Assembly: GCA_034189385.1 (NCBI GenBank)
Contig: JAXHVD010000004.1
Coordinates: 1-64,000 of the forward strand
Direction of reading: 5' to 3'
Source of the DNA: Thermodesulfobacteriota bacterium
Lineage (GTDB): Bacteria; Desulfobacterota; Desulfobacteria; Desulfobacterales; C00003060
DNA length: 64,000 nt
A model generated the notes under the pieces. That model was given only the letters and a program-made list of their open reading frames with translations, was not told the origin of the DNA and made no database searches. Shown here piece by piece: positions 59,961-64,000 of the stretch (positions are counted from its first letter, which is position 1; each line of letters begins with the position of its first letter). A program made the translations under genes and the position numbers.

Positions 59961-61664
59961 ATGGCTATCGCTGATTCTACACCCCGATTAGACTTCATTC
60001 GCAGCATCATTGCGGAGGATCTCAAAGCAGGCAAGCACCAGGGGCAAGTGGTGACCCGATTCCCACCGGAGCCTAACGGCTACCTCCATATTGGACACGC
60101 CAAATCGATTTGTCTCAATTTCGGCATTGCCGCGGAATTTGGAGGCATTTGCCATTTGCGGTTCGACGACACCAATCCGAGCAAAGAAGAAATGGAATAC
60201 ATCGAGTCCATCCAATCAGATGTCAGATGGCTTGGATTCCATTGGGGGGATCATCTCTACTATACGTCTGATTACTTCCACCAATTGTATCAATACGCCG
60301 TAGAGTTGATCAAGAAAGGAAAGGCCTATGTTTGCAGCCTGAGTCCCAAGGAGATCAGGGAGTACCGAGGCACCTTGACCGAGCCGGGCAGGGACAGTCC
60401 CTATCGCACGCGGACCGTTGAAGAGAATCTGGACCTCTTTGAGCGGATGCGGTCCGGAGAGTTCGACGAGGGCTCCCATGTGCTTCGAGCAAAGATCGAC
60501 ATGGCCTCTCCCAATCTGAATATGCGCGACCCCACCCTCTATCGGATTCGACGGGTGCCACACCACAGAACAGGAGACACCTGGTGCATCTACCCCATGT
60601 ACGACTTCAGCCACTGTCTCTCTGATTCCATCGAAGGCATTACCCATTCCATCTGCACCCTGGAATTTGAAGACAATCGTCCCCTCTACGACTGGGTCCT
60701 TGATGAACTGGAGGTCAGTTGTCATCCCCAGCAGATCGAGTTTGCCCGTCTGAATCTGAGCTATACGGTCATGAGCAAGCGCAAGCTTCTGCAGCTCGTG
60801 GACCAGGGCTACGTTACGGGATGGGACGATCCGAGAATGCCCACGCTCTCGGGTTTGCGGAGACGGGGGTACACACCAGAGTCGATCCGAGATTTCTGTG
60901 AACGCATTGGGGTGGCCAAGCGTGACAGCGTGGTAGACATGGCCTTCCTTGAACATTGCATCCGAAAAGACTTGAACAAGCGGGCCCCCCGCATGATGGC
61001 TGTGTTGCGTCCGCTGAAGGTCGTCATAGAAAACTACCCAGAAGACCGGGTAGAAGAACTGGAGGCAGTGAACAACCCGGAAGATCCCAGCATGGGAACC
61101 CGCAGGGTCCCCTTTTCACGGGTTCTCTATATCGAAGAGGACGATTTTCGTGAAGATCCGCCAAAGAAGTTCTACCGGCTGGCCCCAGGTCGGGAAGTCC
61201 GCCTGCGGTATGCCTACTATGTGAAATGTATAGGAGTCGTTAAGGACGAGCAAACGGGTCACATAAAGGAGCTACGCTGCACCTACGATCCCCAAACCCG
61301 GGGAGGCGGTTCGCCAGATGGCCGAAAGGTGAAGGCGACCCTCCATTGGGTCTCCGCTGCCCACTCCCTGGGCGCCGAGGTGCGCCTCTACGATTATCTC
61401 ATGACAAGAGAAAACCCCGGCGATGAGAAGGATGGTGCCGGCTTCATGAGTTGCCTGAATCCCCAATCTTTGGAAACGTTGACATCGTGCCGTGTGGAAC
61501 CGAATCTGGCAGGGGCGCCATTGGGAAGTAGATACCAGTTCGAGAGACTGGGTTACTTCACTGTTGATCCAGTGGACTCCTCTGATCGGGCACTGGTCTT
61601 CAATCGGATCGTGTCACTGCGTGACACGTGGGCCAAGATCCAGAAGGCCCAGAAGGACAAGTAG
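59961..61664 (+). CDS. glnS: Glutamine--tRNA ligase
   Basis: [39 protein letters not shown]. Confidence 0.96.
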   Translation: MAIADSTPRLDFIRSIIAEDLKAGKHQGQVVTRFPPEPNGYLHIGHAKSICLNFGIAAEFGGICHLRFDDTNPSKEEMEYIESIQSDVRWLGFHWGDHLYYTSDYFHQLYQYAVELIKKGKAYVCSLSPKEIREYRGTLTEPGRDSPYRTRTVEENLDLFERMRSGEFDEGSHVLRAKIDMASPNLNMRDPTLYRIRRVPHHRTGDTWCIYPMYDFSHCLSDSIEGITHSICTLEFEDNRPLYDWVLDELEVSCHPQQIEFARLNLSYTVMSKRKLLQLVDQGYVTGWDDPRMPTLSGLRRRGYTPESIRDFCERIGVAKRDSVVDMAFLEHCIRKDLNKRAPRMMAVLRPLKVVIENYPEDRVEELEAVNNPEDPSMGTRRVPFSRVLYIEEDDFREDPPKKFYRLAPGREVRLRYAYYVKCIGVVKDEQTGHIKELRCTYDPQTRGGGSPDGRKVKATLHWVSAAHSLGAEVRLYDYLMTRENPGDEKDGAGFMSCLNPQSLETLTSCRVEPNLAGAPLGSRYQFERLGYFTVDPVDSSDRALVFNRIVSLRDTWAKIQKAQKDK

Positions 61665-61732
61665 GCAGGTCATGACGCAGGAAGGCCTCCCGTCCGCGGG
61701 GCATGCAGAAGCATCACCACAGAACATGGAGT

Positions 61733-62104
61733 CTAAGGGAGATAGTAGGTGGCGCAGGAGTGTTCAGACTCCCAGATGGTCACGCTACGCACTCTGATGG
61801 CAGGGTCCTCTAGCAGCCCGGTCAGTCCTTCGGCCACATGGCGTGCGATGTTCTCTGAAGAGGGGTTCTGATGTGTGAAGGGCTCCAGGTCGTTGAGAAA
61901 GGCATGGTCCAGCCTATCGGTGATCTGGGCGACATGGCCCTTTAGCTTCCCAAAATCGATGGCTATGCCGGCCTTATCCAGGGTGTCAGTCATCACGCAG
62001 ACCTCCACCTTGTAGTTGTGGCCGTGCAAATCCTCACAGGGCCCCTTGAACTCCCTTAGCTGGTGGGCAGCAGAAAAATAGGTGATGACTTTCAGTTCGT
62101 ACAT
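61733..62104 (-). CDS. queD: 6-carboxytetrahydropterin synthase
   Basis: FSAAHQL..CEDLHGHNY..LDHAFLN..NPSSENIA..WES. Confidence 0.92.
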   Translation of the reverse strand: MYELKVITYFSAAHQLREFKGPCEDLHGHNYKVEVCVMTDTLDKAGIAIDFGKLKGHVAQITDRLDHAFLNDLEPFTHQNPSSENIARHVAEGLTGLLEDPAIRVRSVTIWESEHSCATYYLP

Positions 62105-62160
62105 CTAGCGTGCCTCATGTGCGCAAGACAGTGCCAACCTGCCTGGAAATGACTACTCTC

Positions 62161-62415
62161 CTACTCTGCTTCTCCAGTGTAGGGTTTGCCGCATTCACTG
62201 CACACACCATGTTCGTTGATGACGCCAATGCAGTTGCCGTCACTGCAAAGGGTGCGCTTGGAAAAATCGATGGTGTCTTCATCCGCCTTGTTATCGGCAA
62301 GATCTGGGATGGCCGATCCACAGTAGCAGCAAAATTTGCCGAAAACAGGGATACTTTCATCACATTCAGGGCATTTTCTCGACGGCAAGTCGCAATGGCA
62401 TTCGGGACACTTCAT
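62161..62415 (-). CDS. Small Cys-rich zinc-ribbon protein
   Basis: CPEC x2, FCCYCG, CSDGNCIG, CSECGKP; sits between moaA and queD. Confidence 0.75.
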   Translation of the reverse strand: MKCPECHCDLPSRKCPECDESIPVFGKFCCYCGSAIPDLADNKADEDTIDFSKRTLCSDGNCIGVINEHGVCSECGKPYTGEAE

Positions 62416-62423
62416 GAGCCGTT

Positions 62424-63413
62424 CTATCCTCCAATAGCTGACATGGGCCGTTTGGACGCCCCTGTCTTAAAGATGGTGGCCTGGTGCTCCTTTGGTTTTC
62501 TGGCAATGGCCGTCTTAAACAACGCCTTCAGGTCTTCCCCGCTGCAGCCCCTTCTAAGAGGGCCCCTGATGTCTATCTCGTCATCAGAAAAAAGGCAGGG
62601 CCGAAGCTTGCCATCGGCTGTCAGCCTGAGGCGGTTGCAGGAAGTGCAAAAGTGGTGGCTCATGGCCGTGATAAAACCAATCTCTCCTGCTGCAGAGGGC
62701 AGACGATATCGACTGGCCGGCCCGTCATGCACTGATCGCGGGACTTTGTGAAGCGGACCCAAGGGTTCGATTTTCGATCTTATCTCATCTGAAGATATAT
62801 ATCGTTCCCGCTCCCACGGGCTATGCTTTCCCACCGGCATGTACTCGATGAATCGAACATGATAGGGCTTTTCCAAAGACAATTTGGCAAAGGCCATCAG
62901 TTCATCGTCATTGAAACCCCTCATGGCCACCACGTTTACCTTGATGGGCGAAAACCCGACCGCCTCAGCCTCCTGAAGACCTTCCCAGACATTGTCGAAG
63001 TAATCTCGGCCTGTGATCTTTATGTACTTTAGACGGTTGAGCGTGTCCAAGCTTACGTTGATTCGATGAACACCTGCTTGGAAAATCTCTTTGGCCTTCT
63101 TCTTCAAGCGCACGCCATTGGTGGTGATGCTCACGTCTTTCAGACCGGGCACCTTACATACAGATTCAACAAGGTGAACGAAGTGCTTACGCACCAGAGG
63201 CTCGCCCCCGGTGAGGCGCACTTTTGTAATTCCAATTCCAGTGCCAGCCTCAATGATCGGCAGGATCTCTTCATATCTTAAGATCTCATCATGATGCACC
63301 AGCTCCAGATCCTTTACGAGTCGGCAGTATATGCAACGAAGGTTGCACCGGTCTGTGACAGAGATCCTAAGGTAGGTGATCCTGCGATGGTAACGATCTA
63401 TGTTTGAAGCCAC
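62424..63413 (-). CDS. moaA: GTP 3',8-cyclase
   Basis: YLRISVTDRCNLRCIYC, FCTSCNRLRLTADG, C-terminal IGG. Confidence 0.95.
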   Translation of the reverse strand: MASNIDRYHRRITYLRISVTDRCNLRCIYCRLVKDLELVHHDEILRYEEILPIIEAGTGIGITKVRLTGGEPLVRKHFVHLVESVCKVPGLKDVSITTNGVRLKKKAKEIFQAGVHRINVSLDTLNRLKYIKITGRDYFDNVWEGLQEAEAVGFSPIKVNVVAMRGFNDDELMAFAKLSLEKPYHVRFIEYMPVGKHSPWERERYISSDEIRSKIEPLGPLHKVPRSVHDGPASRYRLPSAAGEIGFITAMSHHFCTSCNRLRLTADGKLRPCLFSDDEIDIRGPLRRGCSGEDLKALFKTAIARKPKEHQATIFKTGASKRPMSAIGG

Positions 63414-64000
63414 AGGGGAATCCCGCTTTCAAGGCCTTTTTCCTGGGCCAGCATGTCGAGATGCAACGTCGAGACCTGCTCCACATAAGGATGCATGGGT
63501 CGCTGCATCTTCCTGGTGTCAATGGTCTTGATATATTTCTGGCATTGATCACACACATCCACCCGGCGATCCTTTTCTTCTTCGCTAAAGAAATAGTGCA
63601 TCGTCTTCTGATCTCTATTTTCGCAAAAGGGACAGTACACTCGATGTGTCCACCATTCGTGGCCACAGAAGCTACACAGGAGAAACCGCTCTCCTTCACC
63701 CCGGAGTATGGACAGGGCTGGGGGACTTCCGCAAATGGGACAATATCCTTTTGCCCAAGGTTTGTCTTTGTGAAGATACGCGGCCAGCTGGTCAGAACAC
63801 ATATGAAGCGATGGCCTTATACTGCTATAGGCAACAAAGGCAAGGATCTTCTTGTCAACATCAAGCCTTCTTTCCATCTCGTCCCAATAGGTGTCATCTT
63901 CTGCCAAGATCTTTGAGAACAGGTCAGAAAGCTCCAACTCTCCCTGATCCAAGGAAGCGACAATCTTCTTGGCGGCCTTGGCCAGGACTTCGTTTGACTC
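63398..64000 (-). CDS. fdhE: Formate dehydrogenase accessory protein FdhE-like (5' part beyond the window)
   Basis: CPICGSPP, CSFCGHEW, CPFC, CDQCQKYIK; frame open to base 64000. Confidence 0.82.
   Translation of the reverse strand, partial: ESNEVLAKAAKKIVASLDQGELELSDLFSKILAEDDTYWDEMERRLDVDKKILAFVAYSSIRPSLHMCSDQLAAYLHKDKPWAKGYCPICGSPPALSILRGEGERFLLCSFCGHEWWTHRVYCPFCENRDQKTMHYFFSEEEKDRRVDVCDQCQKYIKTIDTRKMQRPMHPYVEQVSTLHLDMLAQEKGLESGIPLWLQT

Overview
Chromosomal region of an anaerobic bacterium; the gene content suggests a sulfate-reducer-like Desulfobacterota, which is my inference. About 54 kb is a dense signalling and ion-transport island. It holds two complete, divergently oriented Mrp/Mnh-type cation/H+ antiporter clusters with three MrpA/D-like subunits each, three sigma-54 activators (one OrpR-like with a Cys-PAS domain), 9 histidine kinases (4 are receiver-kinase hybrids), several stand-alone or degenerate receivers, a tetraheme cytochrome c beside a CxxCH-bearing sensor kinase, a DsrE protein, a TauE transporter with a PEP-synthase-like His-phosphotransfer protein lacking the pyruvate domain, and a HEAT-repeat protein. 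A Cys-rich 'two-CW' module recurs in three different regulators. Two non-canonical sigma-54 promoters each carry a similar upstream motif exactly 120 bp away. The last 10 kb encode a B12-radical SAM RiPP-maturase-type enzyme, a DUF4397 lipoprotein, a CdaA-YbbR diadenylate cyclase fusion, glnS, queD, moaA and a partial fdhE-like gene. I recognised no rRNA, tRNA, CRISPR array or transposase.
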